DNA from: Candidatus Hadarchaeota archaeon
Lineage (GTDB): Archaea > Hadarchaeota > Hadarchaeia > Hadarchaeales > Hadarchaeaceae
NCBI GenBank assembly: GCA_040755315.1
Contig: JBFMBF010000012.1
Coordinates: forward strand, 1 to 36,316
DNA: 36,316 nucleotides
Direction: 5' to 3'
Each line of letters opens with the position of its first letter. The stretch's first letter is position 1. Made by a program: the position numbers and the translations under genes. The notes below the pieces were generated by a model. That model had not been told where the DNA came from. It did not search any database and was given only the letters and a program-made list of their open reading frames with translations. This document shows positions 35,339 through 36,316 of this stretch, piece by piece.

Positions 35339-36211
35339 TCAATGCTTTTTCGACCTGATTACAACGACAACTCCCATCACTATCACAAAGATTGCCACAA
35401 CCGCCATTTCAGTTGGAAAAGTCGATGTTGGGCTGGAAGTGCCCCCTTCCGACTCCCCCGCCACCGCGAAAGTCGAGAACCCAGGGACCATTGCGGTAAA
35501 GTACTGGTACGTTGCGTCCTCTTTTTCTAGAAGGAAGGCAATCTTCTCGCTCCACTGGCCGCTGGAATACCTCAACAGGCGCACACCGGCAGCACTTATG
35601 TTATTGCTGCTAAGCCAGGATTTCGAAACTCTGAAGCTGACCGTGGAAGTGTTTTCAACCTGTATGGAGGTCGCGGCCGTTGGCGTGACAGTTATGTCCA
35701 TGTAGTGGCTCACGACTATGCCTGGAATTGAAGCTGTCGGGTCCGGCACGTTGGACGGCTTCTGGGATAGTTGTTCAACGTCGACTGAGATCGAGGACAT
35801 GTTCTCGTCCGTGTTGATTGTAAGAACGTAAACCGGCTGATCATCATTGAAAGTCACCTGAACAATTTTTGGAGACGAGGACACAGTTATAGACTTCACT
35901 CCATTATCATCGATGGATATCGTCTGCCCGAGTTTTGAAGAAATGTTCGTGAGTGTGACGGAGGCAGGAGTGACTGTAGTGGCCGTGTTGTTTTCATTGT
36001 TCTCTGTGATCCCGCCAGCGCCGGCAATATAGAACCTCCTCGCCGTGTTCCAGTCAGTCATGAGATCACCCGCCTCGCCTCTAACCCTCCAGTAATAGAT
36101 GCCCGGGGACAGCGTGGGCGTGGTGTAATAGACGTTCTCTGTCGTGGTGTCAACAACCGTGGTGTCAAAAGTTAAGGATGAGGAGATTTGTACGTATTTA
36201 GCTTTTGACCG
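35339..36211 (-). pseudogene. 5'-truncated surface protein with PGF-pre-PGF-like domain and TM anchor
   Basis: VSFRVSKSWL...VRLLRY...PGFSTFAV plus TM helix; the frame continues upstream of ATG 36061 through an FN3-like YYWRVRG segment to a stop with no start or signal peptide. Confidence 0.65.
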
Positions 36212-36253
36212 TTAGCCTTAAATAGAGAATATATATTAATATATATTGATAAA

Positions 36254-36316
36254 ATGGCGAGGAAGTTGGTTTTGACCAAGGGGCGGCTTGTTCTCACAGA
36301 AGAGATAGAAGGTTTC
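36254..36316 (+). CDS. N-terminus of a small protein, possibly DUF2080 transposon-associated; partial
   Basis: MARKLVLTKGRLVLTEEIEGF is open to the edge after an AT-rich promoter-like tract; family guessed from 21 aa only. Confidence 0.4.
   Translation, partial: MARKLVLTKGRLVLTEEIEGF

Overview
Archaeal chromosomal window, judged from rps8e, archaeal-type TpiA, ScpA/ScpB, BHB-intron tRNAs and a PGF-pre-PGF-like protein. The lineage (possibly Hadarchaeota-like) is only a guess. Housekeeping content: rpiA, tpiA, queE, ppdK, ssb, rps8e, a YgiQ radical SAM enzyme, an ArsA/GET3 ATPase, five tandem CBS genes, an MFS transporter and two PHP paralogs. Accessory content: four toxin-antitoxin-type pairs, a Kelch surface protein and an AT-rich nuclease-like orphan. 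Three observations stand out. (1) There are two complete SMC-kleisin-kite operons, one SMC5/6(ClsN)-like and one condensin-type, and both SMCs are short with no recognisable hinge. (2) Three tRNA genes carry five BHB introns, including a 28-nt intron at position 68/69 in the acceptor stem of tRNA-Met; an intron-less copy of that 3' end lies about 0.9 kb downstream as an att-like repeat. (3) Small cargo islets are bounded by tRNA 3'-end remnants. All calls come from reading motifs by eye; no searches were run.
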